The position numbers were made by a program, and so were the translations under genes. Of a stretch of 64,000 bases of DNA, positions 13,399-26,156 are shown one piece after another. A model generated the notes under the pieces. That model searched no databases and was not told the origin of the DNA. It saw only the letters and a list, made by a program, of their open reading frames with translations. Location: the NCBI GenBank assembly GCA_043228905.1, contig JBHGNT010000001.1, forward strand, positions 36,022,001 through 36,086,000. The letters are read 5' to 3'. Each line of letters begins with the position of its first letter. Positions within the stretch are counted from its first letter, which is position 1. The stretch comes from Azolla caroliniana (lineage: Eukaryota; Plantae; Polypodiophyta).

Positions 13399-13893
13399 TA
13401 GCAATGGGCACGGTTCGGTTCGGTTTCAAGGCAAAGAAACCGAACCACTTATATAAAACAAAAACCAAACCAAACCGTTTAAGAAAAAGTAAACCAAACC
13501 ATTTTGACCCAAACCGTTTACAGTTGAAGCCAAACCGAACCATTTAATAAATTTTTCTAACTTAACCATTTAAGTCAAACTAATTTAATATCAAAATAAA
13601 TAAAACTACATTAAATTAAATAAGCATTTAAGTTAAATCTACTAAATCAATTAAAAAAACTTTAATTGAACCATTAAATTAAATAAACATTTAAGTTAAA
13701 TTAATTAAATAAAAAGAAACCATTGTATTAATAAACTATTAAGGTAAAAAACAAAAGTTAACCAAAAACCTATAAACCCGAGTTTTGAAACCGAAACTGA
13801 AAATCCAAACCATTACATTTTTTTGGAACCAATAAACCGTTAAACCATGGCTTAACGGTTTGGTTTGAGCCAAAAAAACCATGCCCATTACTA
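13399..13893. mobile_element. hAT-type MITE, copy 2 (related subfamily)
   Basis: TIRs tagcaatgggcacggtt / aaccatgcccattacta; 8-bp TSD gtcaggag / gttagaag (two transitions); AT-rich core with aaacc(g) repeats. Confidence 0.85.
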
Positions 13894-14144
13894 GTTAGAA
13901 GAGAAACTAGGAGATATTATCATCGATTCTAAACCAGGAGAATGGGAAAAAAGTCGACGATAGTTTAGAAGAGTTTAGAAATGAGGAAACAATGCCTTTC
14001 AAAATGTGTGGTTTAGGGTTCAAATTTTGAAAATCTTAAATGAATCAAATTATCATGGAAAGTTACTAAATAAAACCAACTTCCAAATTTGAGTATGGGA
14101 TCTCATTATGGGCATTCAAGTTTCCACAATCCCAAGAAGCCTCC

Positions 14145-14617
14145 ATAGTTTATTTGAAGAGAACCAATATTGTTTTTACCTCTACAAAATAAATTTGACT
14201 CTTGGAGAATTATTATATCTGCCATGGTTTATGTATTTGAAGAGAACGCATATTGTTTTTACCTCTACAAAATAAATTTGACTCTTGGAGAATTATTATA
14301 CCTGCCATGGTTTATTTGAAGATAACACATATTGTTTTTACCTCTACAAAATAAATTTGACTCTTGTAGAATTATTATATTTGCCATGGTTTATTTGAAG
14401 ATAACACATATTGTTTTTACCTCTACAAAATAAATTTGACTCTTGGAGAATTATTATATTTGCCATGGTTTATTTGAAGAAAACACTTATTGTTTTTACC
14501 TCTACAAAATAAATTTGACTCTTGGAGAATTATTATATTTGCCATGGTTTATTTGAAGAAAACACTTATTGTTTTTACCTCTACAAAATAAATTTGACTC
14601 TTGGAGAATTATTATAT
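14145..14617. repeat. Minisatellite, about 79-bp unit, about 6 copies
   Basis: Unit ccatggtttatttgaaga..acac.tattgtttttacctctacaaaataaatttgactcttggagaattattatat repeated head-to-tail with no spacers. Confidence 0.95.
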
Positions 14618-17600
14618 CAACGTATCCATAGCACTCCATTCACCCTTTTAGATTCCATAGCACTATTACATTCCACTTTCTCAACAACGTTACAACAAAT
14701 TTGGTAGAGATGTTGTTGTTTCACTTAAACCCAAAAAGTTCTTATGTAACCAAGACATTGCATTTACGCATTAAAGAATGAACGACAAGAGGTCCTCGAG
14801 GTACAAGGCGGGTGATGCTAGCTTTTAAATCTAACAAAAGAAAAGTTTTCTATTGTTTAAAGTTGACATGAATGGGGGTAGGATCTTGTTGAGCTCTACC
14901 AACCACACAATGTGCAAAAATGATTCGATGGGAATTAAATTTCATGAAGAAGCAATAATGCAAGGGATGCAAGGGCTCCCACATTAGTTCCGCCCCAAAA
15001 TTAAAGGATAGGTTCCTTTTCAAGATGGTGTACGAGCATTTATTCCAATAGTCTACATGTTACATGCCCACACAATCTATATAAAAAACAGAAATCTCAA
15101 TGTTAGCACTTGTATTAGGGATGATGTTGGTCGTACCCGTTGTATTTCTTTGAAATATCACTTTATGCACATGGTCAAAAAGAAGATACACCTTGTGTCA
15201 CGCTTAGAATCACACACACACACACACACACACACGCATATTCTAATACAAGATGATGTTATATATATTGTGAAATGCACAAAGGTACACCACAATATAT
15301 ATATATATATATATATATACAAGATTTTGGTTACCTTATTAGGAGCTTAGTAGCTACTTTAGCAATAAAATGTTACCAAAACCAAGAAAGTTTCTTGTTC
15401 CCTTTTTTTAAAGAAAGATGCACCTTGGTATATTACTTGAGAACTATACATAGAGAAAATAGAAGGAGACATTTCATCTCACTTCTATTGTGATACAAAG
15501 ACTAGTATAAGCATTCGATCAAATAGATGATGTCATATATGAAAGAAGTGGAGCAATAACTACGAGCTATGCAACAGAAAAGAAGGTATGGTATAATTCC
15601 ACCTCAAACCAGAAATTGTATCCGAAAATAAGTGAAGCCCTCACCACATACATCTTTGCACCATGCTTATTGAATTCTGGATATTATTTGTCCACACAAT
15701 ACGTGGTCAATATGATGATTTGTAGGTTTCGACTGATGTTTCATGGCAACATCAAGTGGCCTTTTAAGTTTCTTGTTCTTTCAGCAATACTTAGTAACTT
15801 TATTAGGAGTTTATGAGCTACTTTAACAATAGACATTGCCCAAAAGTGAAAAGTGGCCTCCCTTTTAAGACATTATTGTTCATGTAATATAGTAATTAAA
15901 TGTCTAACTTATTGTGCGGAAGTTGCAGCCCAAACCCTAAAAGATTAGCCTGAACAAAAATATGTGAGAGTCATTGCATAAATATTTAATATTATGCCCC
16001 ACTAATTATAACAACGTTCATTGAAACATTATGCAATGTCATTTTCTTTCTCTCTAGTTTGTTTACAAGCATTAGAAAGCTCTCTGCCAAGCCTTTCCAT
16101 ACATTACTTTTGTGCGATGGGCACCATATGTGTTTACACATTGTGTTATTGTGTATGTGTATGTGTATGTGAACCCTTGTTTGGATGGATTTATCCATGC
16201 ATCAATGACAAAACATTTGCCTACCACATAATTGCTATGGGGACAAACAAATATCTCTATCAATAATGGCTTTCCCAAGTGCTAACTTCATTATAGAATC
16301 AAATGCATTGATATTTAGACTTTGTTTTACATTCTTCTACCACTTTGACTCTGAATCTAGGGAAGTAAAGGATGAATCACTAGGTTACTTCATTATCATA
16401 ATAAGAGCCTTAACCATTTATTTTTCTTCGAGATCAAACATATTTAGCAACTCATGGGACGTATCACAATCATGGAATGAAGGTTTATTGGCATTGGCTT
16501 GCATTTTCAAACTATGCAGTTGATGATGCTACTCAGAATGTGGATTGATACACAATGTATTTTGTATTGTGCATTTAGATTATAATGTTGAAACTGTACA
16601 AAATATATATTGTATTGACAAACTAGGAAGAAACAGATCATCATGCATAATTCTTGAGAACGAAGTGACATATCGGATACCCTAAAGAATGGAAAGGAAG
16701 ATGTAAAGGAACATCGAAGACTAGAGAAAAATATGCAATAATAGATATTATCTAGATGGCATTTGCATGTACAATCGAAAATAGTACCTTGTCCTTTGTG
16801 ATTTTATCTAATGATCGTTGTCACTTAGCTTGTGGCGATGAAAGCACATTGAACATTTTCATGTTAGATAATAGATATAATGGGGTGATTTTCACAAATT
16901 AAACATGATGGGAAAAGTCCCTTGACTATGAGATGATTGGGGTTTCTTACCAAAATCTAGAATCTATATCTATTGACCATAAAAGTTGCATTTGATGCTA
17001 AAACATTGCCACAAATACAAGATTTAATATTTTATGTGCTTCTCTAAGAGGACATAACTTTTGTAACTTGACAACCTCATCTTATAAAACAACCTTTATG
17101 CATCTCAATCCCAATTCATCCTTTTGTTACATGTTTTATAGTCAATTGGAAAAAATAGTTGAAATACATAAAATGGATTTAATGAAACAACTTTGGTCAT
17201 TAAGGAGAACATATTGGGCTTGCCAACATTCATTAGATTGCAATGTGTCAAGACTCATTATGTTTCTCTGTGACTTTATGATTAAAGACAATTGTTTTGA
17301 GTACGAGGCATGTTCTCTCATCTTGACTGGCCCTTTTGTCACCTTAAACAACAAATGTTTATGTGGGCATATAAGTAGATACCTTATTGACACATGTTGT
17401 GATTGTGTTTGAAATATGAAGAAACCGTTGGTTTAATGGAAATAAAGGCTAAAGATTATGTAAAAGTTCATGATATCTAAAGGAATAAGTCATTTTTTTG
17501 AGGTGCATTGTTAATCCAATCAATGCGTTTGATGTGGAACTAAAACATGCACACAAACAACCACACCCAAAAGTATCTTGAGAGTGGGATTCTCTACTTT

Positions 17601-19813
17601 TAAATCCCCACATCACATCTCTTTGTGTATGTGTATTGGACGATAATAAAATCTATTTATGTGCATCTAGGACTTAATTGGTCACTTATTGTCCAAAGCC
17701 CCTCATGGGCATACCTACGGTTTTTTATATGATCGTTGCTCCTTGTCCTTGGTATATTTGATGCATCTTAGGTTCCCTTCCAACATATCTATTATCAACG
17801 TGTCATGGGTTCTTAAATATTACATGATCTACCAAGCCGTAAGTGCTAGTAGGTTTAATTTATCTTTGAGTGATGGTATTACAAAGCCCCCAACAATGTT
17901 CCTACGATCTCATAGGATTTGTAGGAGATGCTTTATGATGTTGCATTATTCATGTATGACATCGCTGACAAAAACATTATTTCATGCTAAATCACTCATT
18001 ATTGATCAATTAGGATGTTTTGCTCACAAGTCCAATGAGTTGTTTTTTGCTATTAAGATGCATGCGTTGGATTCTTCAACCATTGGCACCTTTCGTGATG
18101 TGACTCATATTCTACAATATTGACTTTGTGGGGAATATGAATATCTCATCTAATCAACTACATGAGGGATAGCTTTGACAAATCTTGTTTATTCAAATTT
18201 GAACTCGGACAAACTTTGCGTGCTTGCTATGTCTCCAAAGATTCAAGATATGTGCCCTATTCTTTGAAAGTTTGCAATCTTAAGGCAAATTATGTAATGA
18301 TCAACTTGGTACTTCATTGGGAACTTCACTTGACATTGAGATTCTTGATCATGTAATGTAATATATTGAATAACACGTGAATAAACTATGCCATGACACT
18401 TTTCTATCGTCATTGTGACATTTTAAACGAAACATTTTATCATTTACAGTAACCAATCTCTCTCTCTCTCTCTCTCTCTACCAATGTGCATAAAAGATAC
18501 CAATATCTACAATAATTTGTACATAAATATTTGAAGGACAAAGAATATGGAAGTTAGAGGAAATAATGTACTCTAGAGTCTAGACAATTGCTTTCATGTT
18601 TATTTCTCTTGCTAATCGACAAGCACAAGATGTAGTTTTTGTCATGCATGATAATGGACCACTTTATAGTATCGACAATTGGGCCCCTCAACATAAAACA
18701 CCTAATGGGAAGAAGATCAACATTACTCTGTAAAAGTAGTTAGTTAGAGATAATACATATTTTAATATTCGTTTCCAAAATCAAACATCCATATCTTGCA
18801 ATCCATTAACATTTTATGAATCAAAGAATGCAAACACTTTGAATAAGCTATGATGTGATTTATTAGAAGATCCTTATTTGAACACTATGAAAAGAAAAGA
18901 CAATGCAATTAAATAGAAGAGCCTTACACAAGGGACAAAGTTACAACAGAGTCTCATGCCATATAGGACAACAAAATATTTTATAGGCAAATTTTTGATA
19001 GGGTGGAGTGGTTCAACTCTACACCGAAGTATTTGTTCAAGCTGACAATTAGAACTTAGCATAGGGGTCATAACCTAAATGTACATATTTCACGTCTAGC
19101 CTTAGGACGTTTTCTTAATACTGAAATAGTATATTTGTTGGAAAAAAGTAAATAAATAGAAGAGCCTTAGTTGAATACTTTGAATAGACAATTTGACTAG
19201 TTAGAAGAGCCTTATTAAAACAATTTGAAAGATGAAGGTAACCTTAAAGAGAGTTTCCAAGAAAGGATAATCCTCATGTACTTAAAGTTCATAACCCATA
19301 CTGTCGAATTACAGATCATCCTCAACGTTCATATGGAGTACCGACGAACTATATGTAGTAGCTCTTGCACTAGACACTAGAGAAGATCATTCATGCTATT
19401 AGGGAATGGCACATTGGCTGGCATCCAACCAATTTGACAGCAAACGTAGGTCCTAGAGTGGAACAAAACAATAGACCCCCATGTTTTTGCATATTTTCCA
19501 AGATACTCATTTAAAAAGAATGTACTTGTCATCTTTTACATATTCCAAAAAGATCCCTCATATTTGATTAGACTTAATACAGGAATCATTGTGCGATAAC
19601 TACAACCCTCGAATAAAATCATTATATTGAACAAAAATCATTATATACTAGATGTCCCAAGCATAAAAAGTTCTACATGAGATTGGTCACCATCCTCCCA
19701 ATTGAAATATGTAGCTCACTATCGTGTGAGGATCAAAGAACATTTAGTTATAAACGATAGTGATCATAACATAATAGAATCGAAGGAATGAAGGATCATA
19801 ACATGTCATACAA

Positions 19814-20081
19814 TGTTGCGGATATCCGTGCGCTTGGTCGGCTTGGGCGGGACCACCGGGGTCCGGGGTCTCGAACCAGGGAGGATGCGGACGGGAGTAG
19901 AGCCCCGAGTGTTAGGTTTGTGGGCCTTTGGACATCGGTTATAGTCCACAACCTACAGACTACGGAAAACTCTCGGGCTTACCTTGCGACGGCGTGTGTG
20001 CAGGCTGAAGCTATCGCGAGTCCAGCCTCGTGCCGGCTGACGACTGTTCGACAATGAACGCACAGGGGTTTCGCAAGCAAG

Positions 20082-20128
<47 letters not shown>

Positions 20129-20620
20129 GTAAGAGACAGTGAAGCCAATACACGCACAATGTACGTAGTTAGTAGATGGCCGTGAATCAGATGAGTAAGC
20201 GAAAGTAGACACAAGAAGAATGGCCCCAAAGGCCGACAGATAGAGAGACACTACTACGCTAAAGATACACGAGGGTGAGGCTCCTGTCGGGAGCACACGG
20301 GCTTGCTACTGTGAGCGGAGGGAGGCCTCCCCTCCGCTCACAGAAACAGAAAACCGAGTACCCTTCCTTCACTTCAAATGCCCCCCCAAATAAATACCAT
20401 ACATACCCCACAACTAACAGACACCTTCCCTTCTTTTTCTTTTATAACTTTGAAGGAGAGGGAGGAGGGTCAACATCCCATCCGCCTGTTATGACAGCCG
20501 TTTTCTTGTCACAGATTCTCCTCATAATCTCCTCCCCTCACCTACCCATCATTCCCCTCTTTTTTTTGGGGGGGACAATAAGTACACACTAAAAAATATC
20601 CTTATAGTACTTCTCTAACA
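19814..20620 (-). mobile_element. Probable LTR-derived segment (GC-rich, TG...CA termini, internal (GA)n)
   Basis: Abrupt GC-rich block beginning tgttg and ending taaca, containing a CT/GA microsatellite, directly beside a Copia pol remnant. No TSD found. Confidence 0.45.
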
Positions 20621-20714
20621 ACCCTTTACTTTACCTAAAAAGTTTATATACAATTCCCTTTTGTGTGCGCACATGTGCACACTCCTTTTTCTCCTTCCCC
20701 CGATATATTTTCTC

Positions 20715-21960
20715 TCTGCCTCCGGATTGTCGGATGGCTTCTGGGTAGAGGCCCTACTTACGTCAGTACACATATTCAAGATGTCCCCGAGTAGGCCTCT
20801 AGGACTTGGAATACCTAAGGAATTATGGACCGGCAGTAAGTCGAATTACAACAAGCTGAGGATTTTTGAATATGAGGCATACGCCCTCATACTGAAGGAC
20901 GATATCGCCGAAAACTCGAACCGAGGTCTAGGAAATACATTTTCCTTGGCTATGGACCAAATGTCTGGGACCCTGAGCACAGATAAATCGTTCGTAGTTT
21001 GGACGTAGTGTTCAATGAGTCAACTATGCAGAAGACGACGAAAAGGCCTATAGAAGTCCGAAGGGTAACCTTTTTCGAAGTACTGGCCCTTCATGGCGGC
21101 CCAACTCATAACACGAGATCAGGTTCATAGGTAGCCGAATCCTCTAGCACCAAATCGACTCCAACCGATTCGACACAACCGAATGTTTCGGCTTTGGACC
21201 ATCCGACCCATACACCCACTAGCCCAGCCATTCCAAGAAGATCTGAAAGACTGTCTTTGCCTCCGGAGAGGTACTCTCCTAATATCATCTTCACAGATGC
21301 CAACGAGCTGATGTCATACGAAGAAGCATCGGCCTCAGCCGATTTGACCACATGGCATCTGGCAATGGAGTTAGAAATGAACTCCATTCAGCAAAATAAG
21401 ACTTGGGACTTGGTTAAACTTCTGAAAAATCAACATGCTCTTCTGTGCAAGTGGGTTTATAGACTTAAAGAGACGTATGATTCAACCACCCTAAAAGTCA
21501 AGGCCAGATTAGTAGCGAAAGGGTTCTGACAGGAATATGGTGTCGACTTCGACGAAATCTTTTCACCAAGGGTGAAAATGACAACCCTTCGCTTTATGCT
21601 TGGTGTTGTGGCAACCGAGGATTTGGAGCTGATCTAGTTAGACATTAAAACAACTTTCCTTTATCGTGAACTAGAGGAAGAAATTGATATTAAGCAACCA
21701 AAAGGATTTGTGGTATCCAGCTAGGAACATCTAGTCTACCGACTCAGGAAGAGTCTATACGGCATGAAGCAAACACCATGACAGTGGTATACGAAGTTTG
21801 ACAACTTCATCCAATTGGTCGGCTTCTTCAAGAGAGATGAGGATGACTATCTCTTCACGAAAACAACTGAAGATGGGTCACTCATCTTCCTCATCATTTA
21901 CGTGGACGACATGCCAAAGATCTAACCAAACTTGTTTGCCAACCGCGGTTGAAGTTTGCC
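20715..21960 (+). mobile_element. Degenerate Ty1/Copia pol remnant (integrase C-terminus plus RT)
   Basis: SGLSDGFWVEALLT...PKELWTG...LRIF; SYEEA, W..AMELEMNSIQQNKTWDLV, CKWVYRLK, KARLVAKGF*QEYGVDFDEIFSP, LRKSLYGMKQ, YVDDM; in-frame stops. Confidence 0.92.
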
Positions 21961-22362
21961 ATGAAGGGCCTCAGTCTGACAAGACACATTCTGGGGATTG
22001 TTACCATACGAAATGTACAGAGATTCATAAGTGTGATGAGTGAGGGTGAAAGATTATAATGTTGTTGTTGTGTATGTGCAAATGTATATGATTATGAGTG
22101 CGAGTATATGTGTAAGTGTGGGAACATGCACATGTGTGTGGACAGATAGGAAAGGGTACTATGGTTGAAGTTTTCCATGAAGGACCTTGGTCTGACAAGA
22201 TAGAATTTTGGGATTGTTACCATACGAGATGTATAATTGTGATGAGTGAGGGTGAAAGATTATAATGTTGTTGTGTATGTGCAAATGTATACGATTATGA
22301 GTGTGAGTATATGCGTAAGTGTGAGAACATGCACATATGTGTGGACATATAGGAAAGGGTGT
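21950..22362. repeat. Imperfect tandem duplication of about 210 bp at the end of the Copia remnant
   Basis: ggttgaagttt.ccatgaagg.cct..gtctgacaaga...gtgatgagtgagggtgaaagattataatgttg...ataggaaagggt occurs twice. Confidence 0.85.
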
Positions 22363-22462
22363 GACTGAGTCATATGTGTGAATGGCTAAAGGGGCATGTA
22401 GCCCTATGTATCCAATCCTTTGTGTACTATTTAACCCCCTTATGGGGAATGAATGGAACATG

Positions 22463-22509
<47 letters not shown>

Positions 22510-22510
<1 letters not shown>

Positions 22511-24060
22511 ACAATTAAAGATATATGCATAGGACTTAAGAAATTCGTCTCTCGAAAGGCAAGCGATCATTAATGTATATAAAGGCTGAAATGCTCAAAT
22601 GGATGGGAAAGGAAGCACATATATGGATTTAAGAAACATGTTTAATGATACATTGCAACATGGTATGCTGTGTGATTAGACTACAAATTGGATCAAACCT
22701 TTACATAAAGGTGGAGATGTAAATAATGCAAACAACTATCGAACCATCATGGTTGGCTCATTAATGGCAAAACTATTTGGATGTATAATGGAATCAAAGA
22801 TAAGTGTATGGGCTGAAAAAAATGGTAAGGGAGCTATGGACAAGTTGGCTTTCGAAAACACCATAACACCATTGATCACCTTGTCACCCTTCGAGTATTA
22901 ATAAAGGAAAGTCGCCTTAGAGGTAAAGGTTTATATTGTTGCTTTGTATACTTCAAGAAAGCTTTTGATATGGTACCTCGTGAGCATTTTTGGAGGTGAA
23001 TGGAAGAACTTGAGATGCCAAGTTAGTATATGCTTGCAATTTCCCGAATATATGAGAAGGTTATATGTTGTGTGTGTATGAGAGATAGACTTTCAGATTT
23101 TTGTAGCAAGGATGTCCACTCTCACCAACACTATTTGGTCTATGCATTGATGAATTGGAATAAATGGTTACCAAGTTTGTAAAGGAAGAATGTGTTGAAG
23201 AAGTTGCCATTGGGAATGTTGTGATTATGCTTTTGCTATATGTGGATGATGTAGTGTTTTTTGCAAATACTTTAGGAGATGCACAAAAGCTTATGAAGGG
23301 ATTGGAAATTTTTTGCATGCACACTAAATTAAGTGTCAATAGCTCTAAAATGAAGATTATGCTTGTGAAGAGTTAAAAAAGAGATAAACCATGCATTATG
23401 TACAACAATGAGCCACTTGAATGTGTGGAAAGCTTCAAATATCTTGGCCTTGAAGTTCCTTCAAATCATACATGGAATGAATGTGCTACACACTGCTTAG
23501 AGGCGGTTAAGCAAGCATACTATGCATTTGAGAACACATGCAATCTTGGAGATATTAAGTGTTGGGTCCTCAAGAAATATCTTTTCGACACTTTGGTGAC
23601 ACTGGTTCTTCTCTATAGGGTGGAAGTATGGGGCGGTAGCATCCCTAAATCCACATGGAAAGAGTTTGAAAATATCCAAAAACATTTTCTTACAAAGTTT
23701 CTACAAGTTAAGTAACAAACGCCCTACACCCTCCTCCTCCTTGAGATAGGATCACATCCCTTTGAGATCATGGCCATGGAAAGGGTTGTTGAATACATGC
23801 TTAAGGTTAAAAAAAGTCCCTCACATCGACTTCCTAAAATTGCACGGGAAGCAAGTAAAAAGATCCAAAAGATGCATAAAATCAAATTTTTGTGTTCTGG
23901 TTGGATGCAAGATATAGAAAAATGGTTTGGTAGATGGGATGCAAGACACTTGCTTCACGATGTATCACTAGATTCCTCAGTAAACGAGGCCTTTTTGCAA
24001 CGCCAATGTATCATGACATGGGACAAATGTGGAGGCGCACGCTTCACAACACCAACCTAA
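22510..24060 (+). mobile_element. Degenerate non-LTR retrotransposon (LINE, RTE-like) RT remnant
   Basis: WIKPLHKGGD..NANNYRTI, GFRKHHNTIDH, FKKAFD, QGCPLSPTLF, LLYVDDVV, ESFKYLG, LLY.VEVWG, and RLPK in the C-terminal part; frameshifts and stops. Confidence 0.9.
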
Positions 24061-26156
24061 ATAAGCTTCCCTAATAGAACTCATGGTGACAATGGGAAGT
24101 CAAAGAGCTTATAGATTCATAGAGTTTAGGACACCGAGTTAAGGGACATTGAAATCTTTTCAAATGTTTGAAGTGACCAAAGACCATGCCCATGATGTGG
24201 TTCAAGTGTTCCATCTCCCACACACACTCAAGTCCAAGGAGGAGAGGATGTTACAACTACTTAATAATATCTTCTTACTCTTTGTTGTCTTGTATGTCTC
24301 AACTCTCTCTTGTCTCCCTTTGTGTCGTGAACTAGGAACTCTTGTGAAACATGGTAAAAAATCAAACTTGAATTTGACAAAATGGATGCCAATTATCATT
24401 TTTCATAATTCTTTGATACCACTAAGCTAAAACTACAATGTCAATGCTAACACACAGTTGTTTGGGCTTCATCTTCCCTTTAACACATGGATGGTGGGGT
24501 TTTAGCCAAGCAAAAGCAATTCCCAAGGTCTGATGGGTGGTGTCTATGGGGCTTCGGTACATATTCACCACAACATATTGATCCATGATTACTAGTTCTT
24601 CCAACTTCATATTCTCAATTTGTAAAGAACAATATGTCTGGTCTCTATGCCATTTGCCCATGGGTTCCACCTAGGTTTCTTCTCTAGTTTCTCATCACTG
24701 AATTAACCATACTACCCCATCCTCGCCCCTTCACTAATCTTTATCCTTAGATCCTCCAAACCTCATCCTCTAATCTTGTGTCATCCCCACATCCCCACAC
24801 CCTCTCATTTGATGCATGAAATAGTTCCTTCCTCTCACATCTCTTTATCTTCTCTTATGTGAACTAATATTTCCATTTCAATTTGAGGAAGTATTTATCA
24901 TAAATTTATTCTCATGCACAAGTTGCATCTAAGATGATATAGAAGTATGAAGCCTAGAGAAGACTAACTAGGTGGGTAACATGCTTTTTGGGAAAGCCAA
25001 TGCTTTTCAATAATAAAAAGTAATCAAGGCCTAATCCACAATGGCTCTTGAAGGTGATGAAGGGTAAACTTTAAAATCCACCATTATTGGGATCTGTAGA
25101 TCTCTATCTACTAGGAAAGAATGTGGTTTGGTTCCATAATCATCCACTGATTCAAAAGCGGACGAATTAAAAATCCATAACGTACGTCATCTACAAAAAT
25201 ATTATACAACATAAAGTGGGCGTACTTTTGTAAAAGAGGATCAACTCCTTGTGCCCATATGTGTGTGGTTGGAGGAGCAACAAATATATGGCTACTATGT
25301 GGGCAAGTGACTGGTACCGTTGAAGAGTCTTATTGTTGCAAGTTGTTGTTCATTTTTCCATATGAAGAACACATTGACTAGCCGACAAACTAGTAATTCA
25401 AAATACTTCGATGTAGTGTGATTTTCATTATAAAGGAATTATCTATTGTGTACATTAAGAAGAAGAAGAAATAGTTATGAGTGTAAGTGTGGGAATTGTA
25501 TACATATATGCACACAAGTGCCTAATTTCTAGTTGTATCGAGGTTGACTAGGATTATGTCATTAATTTACCCTAGTGTGGTAAGCTATTAAAGATATTGT
25601 CTCCAATAACAAGATTTGGTTGGTGTTGAGGACCCGATTCTAAATCAAATGTACATTTTATAATAAAAGAAGAAGAAATAGAAGCACAAAGATTAGGTTG
25701 CTTGTCATTGACAAATCGAAAAATGCTCCCAACTCACATGAGGGGGGGCACAATGAGTCGAGCTGGCGGTACGCGTGCGGAAAGTAGTGTAGAGATGACG
25801 ATGAGAACGTTAAGGGTCTTCCAAGAGACAGATTCGATTCGTAGATGTCGCACGTGGTTTTAAAAAAAGCGACGAGTTTTTGTGTGTGCAAATAGATGAT
25901 AATCGTCTTGGGGCACCCGCGGTAGGTGGTGGTCGGGGAAGTGAGGTTGTAACCGAGGGTGCGACAACGTAAACATTTGGAGAGAAGAACAACTATTTTG
26001 TGAACATGTATAGTATCCTATGTATATATATGTATCATATATGTATGTACATATAACAGTATATGTATATGTATGTATTTATAATATGGTATGTACATGT
26101 ATGCATATATACGCGTATAAATACGGTAAATACATCTACGATAGAGAAGCCTGTGT

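Noticed and set aside
14145-14617. Regular repeat array resembling CRISPR
   Set aside because: Units are contiguous with no unique spacers, there are no cas genes, and the context is eukaryotic.
15500-18400. Cluster of short ORFs, possibly a DNA transposon relic
   Set aside because: No recognisable transposase motif, TIR or TSD.
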